Positions 39,901-52,772 are shown, counted from the stretch's first letter. The stretch: DNA of 64,000 nucleotides from Octopus vulgaris (GCA_951406725.2 CATOCA020000001.1:4154001-4218000); one strand, 5' to 3'. Numbers and translations are program-made. Notes: generated by a model from the letters alone, not told the origin.

Positions 39901-42900
39901 TTTGTTCCATGCTTGTGTGTGTATGGAGGGGAGAAAATCAGGTGTAGTGTTGGCGAATCTCAGAAGCATGGAAGTTTTGAAGGATGCAGTGCTCAGACAA
40001 TTAACAACTGATGCCGGCAGTTTGTTCCATGCTTGTGTGTGTATGGAGGGGAGAAAATCAGGTGTAGTGTTGGCGAATCTCAGAAGCATGGAAGTTTTGA
40101 AGGATGCAGTGCTCAGACAATTAACAACTGATGCCGGCAGTTTGTTCCATGCTTGTGTGTGTATGGAGGGGAGAAAATCAGGTGTAGTGTTGGCGAATCT
40201 CAGAAGCATGGAAGTTTTGAAGGATGCAGTGCTCAGACAATTAACAACTGATGCCGGCAGTTTGTTCCATGCTTGTGTGTGTATGGAGGGGAGAAAATCA
40301 GGTGTAGTGTTGGCGAATCTCAGAATGCATGGAAAGTTTTGAAGGATGCAGTGCTCAGACAATTAACAACTTATGCCGGCAGTTTGTTCCATGCTTGTGT
40401 GTGTATGGAGGGGAGAAAATCAGGTGTAGTGTTGGCGAATCTCAGAATGCATGAAAGTTTTGAAGGATGCAGTGCTCAGACAATTAACAACTGATGCCGG
40501 CAGTTTGTTCCATGCTTGTGTGTATGGAGGGGAGAAAATCAGGTGTAGTGTTGGCGAATCTCAGGAAGCATGGAAGTTTTGAAGGATGCAGTGCTCCGAC
40601 AATTAACAACTGATGCCGGCAGTTTGTTCCATGCTTGTGTGTGTATGGAGGGGAGAAAATCAGGTGTAGTGTTGGCGAATCTCAGGAAGCATGGAAACTT
40701 GTGAAGGATGCATTGCTCAGACAATTAACAACTGATGCCGGCAGTTTGTTCCATGCTTGTGTGTGTATGGAAGGGAGGAAATCAGGTGTAGTGTTGGCGA
40801 ATCTCAGGAAGCATGGAAGTTTTGAAGGATGCAGTGCTCCGACAACTAACAACTGATGCCGGCAGTTTGTTCCATGCTTGTGTGTTTATGGAGGGGAGAA
40901 AATCAGGTGTAATGTTGGCGAATCTCAGGAAAGCATGGAAGTTTTGAAGGATGCAGTGCTCAGACAACTAACAACTGATGCCGGCAGTTTGTTCCATGCT
41001 TGTGTGTGTATGGAGGGGAGGAAATCAGGTGTAGTGTTGGCGAATCTCAGGAAGCATGGAAGTTTTGAAGGATGCAGTGCTCAGACAACTAACAACTGAT
41101 GCCGGCAGTTTGTTCCATGCTTGTGTGTGTATGGAGGGAGAAAATCAGGTGTAGTGTTGGCGAATCTCAGAAAGCATGGAAGTTTTGAAGGATGCAGTGC
41201 TCAGACAATTAACAACTGATGCCGGCAGTTTGTTCCATGCTTGTGTGTGTATGGAGGGAGGAAATCAGGTGTAGTGTTGGCGAATCTCAGAAAGCATGGA
41301 AGTTTTGAAGGATGCAGTGCTCAGACAATTAACAACTGATGCCGGCAGTTTGTTCCATGCTTGTGTGTGTATGGAGGGGAGGAAATCAGGTGTAGTGTTG
41401 GTGAATCTCAGGAAGCATGGAAGTTTTGAAGGATGCAGTGCTCAGACAATTAACAACTGATGCCGGCAGTTTGTTCCATGCTTGTGTGTGTATGGAGGGG
41501 AGGAAATCAGGTGTAGTGTTGGCGAATCTCAGAAAGCATGGAAGTTTTGAAGGATGCAGTGCTCAGACAATTAACAACTGATGCCGGCAGTTTGTTCCAT
41601 GCTTGTGTGTGTATGGAGGGGAGGAAAATCAGGTGTAGTGTTGGTGAATCTCAGAAAGCATGAAAGTTTTGAAGGATGCAGTGCTCAGACAATTAACAAC
41701 TGATGCCGGCAGTTTGTTCCATGCTTGTGTGTGTATGGAGGGGAGGAAATCAGGTGTAGTGTTGGCGAATCTCAGGAAGCATGGAAGTTTTGAAGGATGC
41801 AGTGCTCAGACAATTAACAACTGATGCCGGCAGTTTGTTCCATGCTTTGTGTGTGTATGGAGGGGAGGAAATCAGGTGTAGTGTTGGCGAATCTCAGAAA
41901 GCATGGAAGTTTTGAAGGATGCAGTGCTCAGACAAGTTTCAACTGATGCCGGCAGTTTGTTCCATGCTTGTGTGTGTATGGAGGGGAGGAAATCAGGTGT
42001 AGTGTTGGCGAATCTCAGAAAGCATGGAAGTTTTGAAGGATGCAGTGCTCAGACAATTAACAACTGATGCCGGCAGTTTGTTCCATGCTTGTGTGTGTAT
42101 GGAGGGGAGGAAATCAGGTGTAGTGTTGGTGAATCTCAGAAAGCATGGAAGTTTTGAAGGATGCAGTGCTGAAACAATTAACAACTGATGCCTGCAGTTT
42201 GTTCCATGCTTGTGTGTGTATAGAGTGGAGGAAATCAGGTGTAGTGTTGGCGAATCTCAGGAAGCATGGAAGTTTTGAAGGATGCAGTGCTCCGACAACT
42301 AACAACTGATGCCGGCAGTTTGTTCCATGCTTGTGTGTGTATGTAGGGAGAAAATCAGGTGTAGTGTTGGCGAATCTCAGAATGCATGAAAGTTTTGAAG
42401 GATGCAGTGCTCAGACAATTAACAACTGATGCCGGCAGTTTGTTCCATGCTTGCGTGTGTATGGAGGGGAGAAAATCAGGTGTAGTGTTGGCGAATCTCA
42501 GGAAGCATGGAAGTTTTGAAGGATGCAGTGCTCCGACAACTAACAACTGATGCCGGCAGTTTGTTCCATGCTTGTGTGTGTATGGAGGGGAGAAAATCAG
42601 GTGTAGTGTTGGCGAATCTCAGGAAGCATGGAAGTTTTGAAGGATGCAGTGCTCCGACAATTAACAACTGATGCCGCAGGTTCTTCCATGCTTGTGTGTG
42701 TATGGAGGGGAGAAAATCAGGTGTAGTGTTGTCGAATCTCAGATGCATGGAAATTTTTGAAGGATGCATTGCTCAGACAATTAACAACTGATGCCGGCAG
42801 TTTGTTCCATGCTAGTGTGTGTATGGAGGGGAGGAAATCAGGTAGTGTTGGCGAATCTCATAAAGAATGGAAGTTTTGAATGATGCAGTGCTCCGACAAC

Positions 42901-45455
42901 TAACAACTGATTCCGGCAGTTTGTTCCATGCTTGTGTGTGTATGGAGTGGAGGAAATCAGGTGTAGTGTTGGCGAATCTCAGAATGCATGAAAGTTTTGA
43001 AGGATGCAGTGCTCAGACTATTAACAACTGATGCCGGCAGTTTGTTCCATGCTTGTGTGTGTATGGAGGGGAGAAAATCATGTGTAGTGTTGGCGAATCT
43101 CAGAATGCATGAAAGTTTTGAAGGATGCAGTTCTCAGACAATTAACAACTGATGCCGGCAGTTTGTTCCATGCTTGTGTGTGTATGGAGGGGAGAAAATC
43201 AGGTGTAGTGTTGGCGAATCTCAGAATGCATGAAAGTTTTGAAGGATGCAGTGCTCAGACAATTAACAACTGATGCCGGCAGTTTCTTCCATGCTTGTGT
43301 GTGTATGGAGGGGAGAAAATCAGGTGTAGTGTTGGCGAATCTCAGAATGCATGAAAGTTTTGAAGGATGCAGGGTTCAGACAATTAACAACTGATGCCGG
43401 CAGTTTGTTCCATGCTTGTGTGTGTATGGAGGGGAGAAAATCAGGTGTAGTGTTGGCGAATCTCAGAATGCATGAAAGTTTTGAAGGATGCAGGGCTCAG
43501 ACAATTAACAACTGATGCCGGCAGTTTGTTCCATGCTTGTGTGTGTATGGAGGGGAGGAAATCAGGTGTAGTGTTGGCGAATCTCAGAAAGCATGGAAGT
43601 TTTGAAGGATGCAGTGCTCAGACAACTAACTACTGATGCCGGCAGTTTGTTCCATGCTTGTGTGTGTATGGAGGGAGAAAATCAGGTGTAGTGTTGGCGA
43701 ATCTCAGGAAGCATGGAAGTTTTTGAAGGATGCAGTGCTCAGACAATTAACAACTGATGCCGGCAGTTTGTTCCATGCTTGTGTGTGTATGGAGGGGAGA
43801 AAATCAGGTGTAGTGTTGGCGAATCTCAGGAAGCATGGAAATATTTGAAGGATGCATTGCTCAGACAATTAACAACTGATGCCGGCAGTTTGTTCCATGC
43901 TTGTGTGTGTATGGAGGGGAGGAAATCAGGTAGTGTTGGCGAATCTCATAAAGAATGGAAGTTTTGAATGATGCAGTGCTCCGACAACTAACAACTGATT
44001 CCGGCAGTTTGTTCCATGCTTGTGTGTGTATGGAGGGAGGAAATCAGGTGTAGTGTTGGCGAATCTCAGAATGCATGAAAGTTTTGAAGGATGCAGTGCT
44101 CAGACAATTAACAACTGATGCCGGCAGTTTGTTCCATGCTTGTGTGTGTATGGAGGGGAGAAAATCATGTGTAGTGTTGGCGAATCTCAGAAAGCATGGA
44201 AGTTTTGAAGGATGCAGTGCTCAGACAATTAACAACTGATGCCGGCAGTTTGTTCCATGCTTGTGTGTGTATGGAGGGGAGAAAATCAGGTGTAGTGTTG
44301 GCGAATCTCAGAATGCATGGAAGTTTTGAAGGATGCAGTGCTCAGACAATTAACAACTGATGCCGGCAGTTTGTTCCATGCTTGTGTGTGTATGGAGGGG
44401 AGAAAATCAGGTGTAGTGTTGGCGAATCTCAGAATGCATGGAAGTTTTGAAGGATGCAGTGCTCAGACAATTAACAACTGATGCCGGCAGTTTGTTCCAT
44501 GCTTGTGTGTGTATGGAGGGGAGAAAATCAGGTGTAGTGTTGGCGAATCTCAGAATGCATGAAAGTTTTGAAGGATGCAGTGCTCAGACAATTAACAACT
44601 GATGCCGGCAGTTTGTTCCATGCTTGTGTGTGTATGGAGGGGAGAAAATCAGGTGTAGTGTTGGCGAATCTCAGAATGCATGAAAGTTTTGAAGGATGCA
44701 GGGCTAAGACAATTAACAACTGATGCCGGCAGTTTGTTCCATGCTTGTGTGTGTATGGAGGGGAGAAAATCAGGTGTAGTGTTGGCGAATCTCAGGAAGC
44801 ATGGAAGTTTTGAAGGATGCAGTGCTCCGACAATTAACAACTGATGCCGGCAGTTTCTTCCATGCTTGTGTGTGTATGGAGGGGAGAAAATCAGGTGTAG
44901 TGTTGGCGAATCTCAGAATGCATGAAAGTTTTGAAGGATGCAGTGCTCAGACAATTAAGAACTGATGCCGGCAGTTTGTTCCATGCTTGTGTGTGTATGG
45001 AGGGGAGGAAATCAGGTGTAGTGTTGGCGAATCTCAGAAAGCATGGAAGTTTTGAAGGATGCAGTGCTCAGACAATTAACAACTGATGCCGGCAGTTTGT
45101 TCCATGCTTGTGTGTGTATGGAGGGGAGGAAATCAGGTGTAGTGTTGGCGAATCTCAGAAAGCATGGAAGTTTTGAAGGATGCAGTGCTCAGACAATTAA
45201 CTACTGATGCCGGCAGTTTGTTCCATGCTTGTGTGTGTATGGAGGGGAGGAAATCAGGTGTAGTGTTGGCGAATCTCAGAAAGCATGGAGGTTTTGAAGG
45301 ATGCAGTGCTCAGACAATTAACAACTGATGCCGGCAATTTTTTCCATGCTTGTGTGTGTATGGAGGGGAGGAAATCAGGTGTAGTGTTGGCGAATCTCAG
45401 GAAGCATGGAAGTTTTGAAGGATGCAGTGCTCCGACAACTGACAACTGATGCCGG
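21787..45455. repeat. 121-bp satellite array, ~195 copies, LINE-derived
   Basis: Unit TCAGGTGTAGTGTTGGCGAATCTCAGAAAGCATGGAAGTTTTGAAGGATGCAGTGCTCAGACAATTAACAACTGATGCCGGCAGTTTGTTCCATGCTTGTGTGTGTATGGAGGGGAGGAAA (121 nt, counted). Highly homogeneous and cut off by the gap. Confidence 0.98.
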
Positions 45456-45555
45456 NNNNNNNNNNNNNNNNNNNNNNNNNNNNNNNNNNNNNNNNNNNNN
45501 NNNNNNNNNNNNNNNNNNNNNNNNNNNNNNNNNNNNNNNNNNNNNNNNNNNNNNN
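45456..45555. other. Assembly gap (100 N)
   Basis: Run of n characters. Confidence 1.
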
Positions 45556-46085
45556 CCTATAAATTGACTTTACAATTTGAACACTTCAGAAGACAATGAA
45601 AAACAAGGATAGCTCATCAAACTTTATTGGAAATCATTGGCAAACAAATATCAGAAGCATTAGAACACTTCGACGTGGATTTAATTGTTACCAATTCTAC
45701 GTCGCTAAAAGCCACACTTCTTTTTTCTTGGTTGATTTTTATAACGGGATTTTTACTAAAAGAGTCTTCCCCATGAAGACATTCTTTTAAATTTTATTAA
45801 TCTACACATTTCCTTTGGAAATAACTGAGATATTTTGATTGAAAGTCACTTTTTTGCCTTACGCTGCCATTCTTTACCTCGAAAACTTTGAAATAAATAT
45901 TTTAAAGAATCAATTTCCAATTATTTCAGCTCCAAATGTAGCTTACATCTCGATCATCATTGCCAAAACAATGCAATCAATTAGGTTGAGAACTGAATTA
46001 CTAATTAAATCATGTAATAGGAGTGGAAGTGCTGCACTCTGTTGTTCACAGTCTCTAAGTGAAGTTCAGTAACAAGGACGGGGAG

Positions 46086-46320
46086 TCAAATGTTGGGGTG
46101 CCGGGTGGGATAATCTATAGTCACCTTGATACTTTGGTGGATGGAGTTGGCTACTTGCTGGATGCTCTCCATTAGGTTCCTCTCTGTTTCCACATTACCG
46201 TTACTAGAGCTGGTCTTAACTGTGACATTAATGCCATCTATATACCTACAGTAAAGTAGAAGAGTTGTGGATTGTTTTGCCAAGGATTGCTTAGGTTTTC
46301 TGATCCACCAGGTCATGAAG
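46086..46320 (-). mobile_element. Penelope-like RT fragment (downstream part)
   Basis: LLYCRYIDGINV..MESIQQVANSIHQSIKVTIDYPTRH, a degenerate YxDD region in PLE style. Confidence 0.6.
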
Positions 46321-46339
46321 AGGCCGGCAATATCTCCAG

Positions 46340-46806
46340 ATACACCGACACAAATGGCTGCACCTTGAACTTACATGTATAGTTTCAAGCATTTGTCTTA
46401 TGAAGGAAGGCCGAAGACGCACGACCTTTGTTCTCTCGAAAAACGACGACGCCGTGGTGATCTCATTCTTGCTCACTACATCATAAGCGGAAAGTGTATC
46501 CTCTCGAAAGAGCTGTTCTTCACTCCTGCTCCAGAGCGTCGGCTGCAGGGTCACTCCGAAAAGCTCTATCTACGACGATTTCATCTCAATCGAAGGAGAG
46601 GGGCTATCTCCGTCCGGGTTGCGGATCCGTGGAATAAGATGCCGGACGAGATAGTGAAGATGCCGACGACCGCTCGGTTCAAAGTCTCTCTTGACCAGAA
46701 ATAGCCTGAACTCTTTGTATGACCACCCTCCCTGTACATAACGCCCTATCCCCCTACATGGCCTTGCTTTTGCTTTTTGAGACAAAAAATTAAACTAAAC
46801 TAAACT
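46340..46806 (+). mobile_element. 5'-truncated CR1 LINE (ORF2 C-terminus, 3'UTR, (TAAAC)n tail)
   Basis: HLSYEGR..SLEKRRRRGDLI..GHSEKL..SVRVADPWNKMPDEIV..RFKVSLD; tail TAAACTAAACTAAACTA. Confidence 0.9.
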
Positions 46807-47180
46807 AGTGATACTTTAGTCTGTGGTTCTTCAAGGTGGTTCTTACGCTAGCTCCTACTGCCTGTGCAATCATTCCTTTCTCCTAATTGTTGTTCTCAGG
46901 GAGTTGGGTGGGTAGGGTCAAGCCACACCAGCGCTCAGTGGTGCATTTATTTACTGCTGAAGTGATGGTGGGTGGTCTAAGAATCTGTGATCTGGAGGGG
47001 TAGAATATATAGTCTAAGAACGAGACACGGATCACGCGTGTTGACCTCACTTCATATTTCACAGACAATCTCATTACGTTATACTCCAGCAAAATCGATG
47101 TCGATAGATGGGTAGAGGGAATCAAGTCCTTAGTGTCCACTACACAACATGTGAAGAACATGGAGTGACCAAAAATACTC
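46807..47180 (-). mobile_element. Penelope-like RT fragment (upstream part)
   Basis: DTKDLIPS (a DVxxLYPS-like motif), RPPTITS..ERW, MIAQAV..LKNH. Collinear with 46086-46320. Confidence 0.45.
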
Positions 47181-47254
47181 ATTTTATTGAGGATGTCCTC
47201 AGTGCTAACATAGAAGAAGAAGAAGAAGAAGAAGAAGAAGAAGAAGAAGAAGAA

Positions 47255-47285
<31 letters not shown>

Positions 47286-49398
47286 AAGAAGAAAAAGAAG
47301 AAGAAGAATAAGAAGAAGAAGAAGAAGAAGAAAAAGAGGAAGGAGAAGAAGAAGAAGAAGAAGAAGAAGAAGAAGAAAAAAAGAAGAAGAAGAAGAAGAA
47401 GAAGAAGAAGAAGAAGAAGAAGAAAAAGAAGAAGAAGAAGAAGAAGAAGAAGAAGAAGAAGAAGAAAAAAGAAGAAGAAGAAGAAGAAGAAGAAGAAGAA
47501 GAAGAAGAAGAAGAAGGAGAAGAAGAAGAAGAAGAAGAAGAAGAAAAAGAAGAAGAAGAAGAAGAAGAAGAAGAAGAAGAAGAAGAAGAAGAAGAAGAAG
47601 AAGAAGGAGAAGAAGAAGAAGGAGAAGAAGAAGAAATTAATCTAACGGCAATGCGGATAAATAACTGCCAGTCGTTGTCATGTCCAGGCACATTCAAAGA
47701 GATATATCATGAATAGAGTCCAGTAGTTGCTTCGTCGATATATTAAGGAAATGCGAAAAAATGTCATCGTTCAGAAGATATATGAAGCAGGAAGAAACGT
47801 TGCTTAGTTTCACATCGTATGTAATTGCGACGAAATATTGAATAATGTTCATTATGTAAAGAAAGAATTTATATGGAAATATAACGAATAAGGGAAGAAG
47901 AAGAAGAAGAAGAAGAAGAAGAAGAAGAAGAAGAAGAAGAAGAAGAAGAAGAAGAAGAAGAAGAAGAAGAAGAAGAAGAAGAAGAAGAAGAAGAAGAAGA
48001 AGAAGGAAACAAGAAGAGGAAGTAGAGGAGAAGAAAAAGAAGAAGAAGAAGGAGAAGAAGAAGAAGTAGAAGAAGAAGAAGAAAGAGAAGAAGAAGAAGA
48101 AGAAGAAGAAGAAGAAGGACAAGGAGGAGGAGCAGGAGGAATGGTGGAGGAAGAAGAAGAAGAAGAAGAAGAAGAAGAAGAGGAAGTAGAAGAGGAAGTA
48201 GAAGAAAAAGAAGGACGAGGAGGAGGAGCAGGAGGAATGGCGGAAGAAGGAGAAGAAGAAGAAGAAGAAGAAGAAGAAGAAGAAGAAGATGAAGAAGAAG
48301 ATGAGGAAGAAGAAGAAGAAGAAGAAAAAGAATGACGAGGAGGAGGAGCAGGAGGAATGGTGGAGGAAGAAGAAGAAGAAGAAGAAGAAGAAGAAGAAGA
48401 AGAAGAAGAAGAAGAAGAAGAAGAAGAAGAAGAAGAAGAAATGAAGAGGAAATGAAGAGGAGAAGAATATGAAGAGATAGATCGATAAATCTTGGGCGAG
48501 AAACATGGCTGAAAAATCAGGGAATATACGGAATCAGAAATCAACATATTCAAATGCACTCATACACATTCTTATATTCATAGTATCAACGACGGAATGC
48601 GGTATGCACACTCACATCACACATATTCCCACTCACCCTTGGGGAAATATGGTGAGAGAGATTATTTATTTCATATCGCTTCATTGTCACAAGAATATTA
48701 GAAAAAACACGCTTACAAGAAATATATCAGCAGTTTAATTGTATCAGGTGAAATATTCCAGCTTACAAGTACAGTAAGTATTTCAGGTTTACAGATAGAA
48801 TGTATGTGACTATATTATTCGAATATATATTTTCCGCTTCCACTTCAGTTGCTCTCTTACATAAATAACGTGAAGTGAATGACAAAATTCGAAGTTGAAT
48901 GATAATATCGAAACACGAAGAAGAATATTGAAATAAGAAATGGAGGAGGATGCAAAATATAAAATAAAGGAATAATATAGTCACATTTCGCACAGAACTA
49001 CACTTATATATGAACATACACATATACTTCAGCTTAAAATATTTGATGCAAACATGTAAACTCACAAACGTTACCATTTCTAATACAAATTCATATCAAA
49101 ATCATTGAAATTTGGGGAACAAAAATGAGTTATCGAGATGCGAATTGAAACAAAGCAACTACAATAAAGGAACATTATATTTTTCCTATTATTTCACTTT
49201 CTCTCTAAAATGCTCTCTCTTTCTTTCACATTGTCTCGCTCTCTCCTATTCTCTTTGTATCTTCCTAAATCTTGTTCATTCTACAAATTCGAATTGATTT
49301 TGTTTGGTGGAGTCTGAAATTTTATACATTTGTGAGCTTATATATCAGCATCAATTATTACTTTCTGAAAATAGTATCAAGAAATTAAACGAACTTAC

Positions 49399-49470
49399 AG
49401 TTCTTTTAAATTGGAAAGCCCCGTGAATGTACCTTCTTTGATGGTTGAAATGTTGTTCTCGTACAGATAT
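49399..49470 (-). CDS. LRR exon A1 (72 nt): YLYENNISTIKEGTFTGLSNLKEL
   Basis: Acceptor TTTTACTCTTTCTTTACTGCTATAG, donor GTAAGT, phase 2-2. Confidence 0.9.
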
Positions 49471-50607
49471 CTATAGCAGTAAAGAAAGAGTAAAATAGAT
49501 TATATGTAAAATATTTGTGATACGACATCAAACACTTTGACTTCAGAATGAAAGGAAGAAAAAGAAGAAAGATAACGAAGAAGAAGAAGAACTAGAAAGG
49601 AGAAGGAGAAGGAGAAGAAGAAGAAGAAGAAGAAGAAGAAGAAGAAGGAGAATAGACGAGGAGGTGGAGGAGGTGGAAGGGGAGGTGGAGGAGGTGGAAG
49701 GGGAGGTGGAGAGGCGGGGATGTTAGATGGACGACAAAGGAAGGGATGACTGAGCAGGGGGCCGCTGGGGGTAGCATCAGAAGGAGCAGGAAGAGCTGGA
49801 GACTGAGAATAAGAGGAAGAATTGGCAGAGAATGAAAAAGAGGGAGACCAGTGACGAAGCAGAAAGTACAGAGAAGAAAAAGAAGAAGAAGAAGAAGAAG
49901 AAGAAGAAGAAGAAGAAGAAGAAGAAGAAGCAGAAGAAGAAGCAGAAGAAGAAGAACCAGAAGAACAAGAAAATGAAGATTAAGACGAAGAAGAAGACAA
50001 AGAAAAGGAAGAAGTAGAAGAAGAGGAACATGAAGAAGATGAAGAAGGAAAGAAGAAAAAGACGAAGAAGATGAAGAAGAAGAAGAATAGAAGAGAACGA
50101 AGAAATTGAAGAAAAAGGAGGATGAGTAGGACGAAGAGGGGAGGTTGAAGAGGAGAATTGCAATAAGAAGAAGAAGAAGAAGAAAAAGGAAGAGAAGGAG
50201 GTGGAGGAGGAGAGGAATAGGAGAATTACAAGAAGAAGAACAAAACAACAACAACAATAGCAAAAAATTCATTTCGGTGGAAGTATGGATAAATAGCGAA
50301 ACGGCAGCACAGAATCAAGAGAACAATGTGTAAGAAAATAGTAGCTAAACCTTATATTAATAGTGCAGATACATACATACATATGAACATACACATATAT
50401 ATTTTCAGGAATAACATTTTTATGCAGACAATTATCAACTGACAGTCATTGACATGTTCAGACTCAATCAAATAAATATAACACGAATATGAGAACTGAA
50501 TATGATTTACAGTAATAGAGAGTGAGAAAACATGGAAATAAGGGGATATTAAATTTATAGACGGAGTATATTCCACATGTATAAACGACAACATTGAAAG
50601 AACTTAC

Positions 50608-50679
50608 AATTCCTCTAAGTTTTGAAGGCCTTGAAACATCTCTTTTTCAATCCTAGAAATTTTATTGTTGTCAAGAAAT
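50608..50679 (-). CDS. LRR exon B1 (72 nt): FLDNNKISRIEKEMFQGLQNLEEL
   Basis: Acceptor CCTGCTTCAG, donor GTAAGT, phase 2-2. Confidence 0.88.
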
Positions 50680-51602
50680 CTGAAGCAGGAAACAATATTG
50701 GTTAGATTGACATAGTGTGAATTGCGATAACATATTCAATATTGTTCTTTATGAAAAGGGACAAAATTATAGGAAAATAATACGAAATGAAGAAGAAAAG
50801 GAGGAGACGGAGAAGAAGAAGAAGAAGAAAGAAGAAGAAGAAGGAGAAAAAGAAGAAGGAGAAGATGATGAAGGAGGAGGAGGAGGAGAGGAGGAGGAGG
50901 AGGAGAATAACAAAAAGGAGAAGATAGGAAGAAGAAGAAGGAGGAGGAGTAGGAGTAGAAGAAGTAGAAAGTGGAAGAAGAAGAAGAAGAAAAGGAATAG
51001 AAGAAGAAGAAGAAGAAGAAGAAGAAAAAGAAGGAGAAGAAAAAGGAGAAGCATGAGGATGGGGGAGGGAGAATTACAAGAAGAAGAAGAAGAAGAAGAA
51101 GAAGAAGAAGAAGAAGAAGAAGAAGGAAAAGGAGGTGGGGGAGTGGGAGGGGGAGAATTACAAGAAGAAGAAGAAGAAGGAGAAGGAGGAAGTGGATGCA
51201 CAAGTAAAAGGAAGAGAATGAAGGGGGAGGAGAAGAAGTAGAAGAGAGAGATGAAGAAGAAAACGAATAAGAAGGAGGAAGACGAGGAGGAAAAAGTAGA
51301 AGAAGAAGATAAAAAGAAGCAGGATCGGTGAGGGGGAGGGGTGGAAGAGAATTACAAGATGAAGAAGGAGGAGGAGCGGGAGGGAGAGGAGGAGGAAGAG
51401 AATTACAAGAAGAAAATGAAGAAGGAGCAGAGGGAAAAAAGTAGAAGAAGAAGGAGGGAGGAGGAGAAGAAGAACAAAAGAAGAAGAAGAAGAAGAAGAA
51501 GAAGAGAAGAAAAAGGAGGATCGGGAGGAGAGGAGGAGGAAGAAGAAGAAGAAGGTGAAGAAAAAAGAAGGAGGAGGAGGAATAGCAGGAGAAGAAGAAG
51601 AA

Positions 51603-51634
<32 letters not shown>

Positions 51635-52700
51635 AGAAGTAGAAGAAAAAGAAGAAGGAGAAGAAGAAGAAGAAGAAGAAGTAGAAGAAGAAGGAGATAA
51701 AAAATAAAGACACATTGAAAATCATGGTGTTCAAGAAGACGAAACTGAAATTGTTCTTAAAATATCAGGAAATAATTCAAGGATAGAGCGAAAAATTTTG
51801 GCGAGGAGACATGGCTGAAAAATCAGGGAATATACGGAATCAGAAATCAACATATTCGAATGCACTCATTCGCATTCTTATATTCATAGTATCAACGACG
51901 GAATGCGCTATGCACACTCACATCACACATATTCCCACTCACCCTTGGGGAAATATGGTGAGAGAGATTATTTATTTCATATCGCTTCATTGTCACAAGA
52001 ATATTAGAAAAAACACGCTTACAAGAAATATATCAGCAGTTTAATTGTATCAGGCCAAATATTCCAGCTTACAAGTACAGTAAGTATTTCAGGTTTACAA
52101 ATAGAATGTATGTGACTATATTATTCGAATATATATTTTCCGCTTCCACTTCAGTTGCTCTATTACATAAATAACGTGAAGTGAATGACAAAATTCGAAG
52201 TTGAATGATATCGAAACACGAAGGAGAATATTGAAATAAGAAATGGAGGAGGATGTAAAATATAAAATAAAGGAATAATATAGTCACATTTCACACAGAA
52301 CTACACTTATATATGAACATACACACTTACTTCAGCTAAAAATATTTGATACACACATGTAAACTCACAAACGTTCCCATTTCTAATACAAATTCATATC
52401 AAAATCATTGAAATTTGGGGAACAAAAATGAGTTATTGAGATGCGAATTGAAACAAAGCAACTACAATAAAGGAACATTATATTTTTCCTATTATTTCAC
52501 TTTCTCTCTCAAATGCTCTCTCTTTCTTTCACATTGTCTCGCTCTCTCCTATTCTCTTTGTATCTTCCTAAATCTTGTTCATTCTACAATTTCGAATTGA
52601 TTTTGTTTGGTGGAGTCTGAAATTTTATACATTTGTGAGCTTATATATCAGCATCAATTATTACTTTCGGAAATAGTCTCAAGAAAATGAACGAACTTAA

Positions 52701-52772
52701 AATTCTTTTAAATTCGAAAGCCTCGTGAATGCACCTTCTTTGATGGTTGAAATGTTGTTCTCGTACAGAGCT
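52701..52772 (-). pseudogene. LRR exon A2 (72 nt), donor mutated: ALYENNISTIKEGAFTRLSNLKE
   Basis: Intact acceptor ..GCTATAG and open frame, but the donor reads TTAAGT instead of GTAAGT. Confidence 0.75.

Noticed and set aside
21787-45455. CRISPR array or repeat-protein gene in the 121-bp array
   Set aside because: There are no unique spacers and no cas genes. The unit length is not a multiple of 3, and the longer ORFs arise only from 1-nt indels.
45850-46060. Minus-strand DLISNSVL..IIGN resembling the GRL101/LGR hinge and TM1
   Set aside because: It has multiple in-frame stops and lacks the expected Cys/Trp pattern; too weak to assign the LRR gene to a GPCR family.
48505-48738. Recurrent plus-strand ORFs MAEKSGNIRNQ.. 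and MGNKNEL..
   Set aside because: They recur only because the unit is duplicated. They have no recognisable domain and are broken or frameshifted in some copies.
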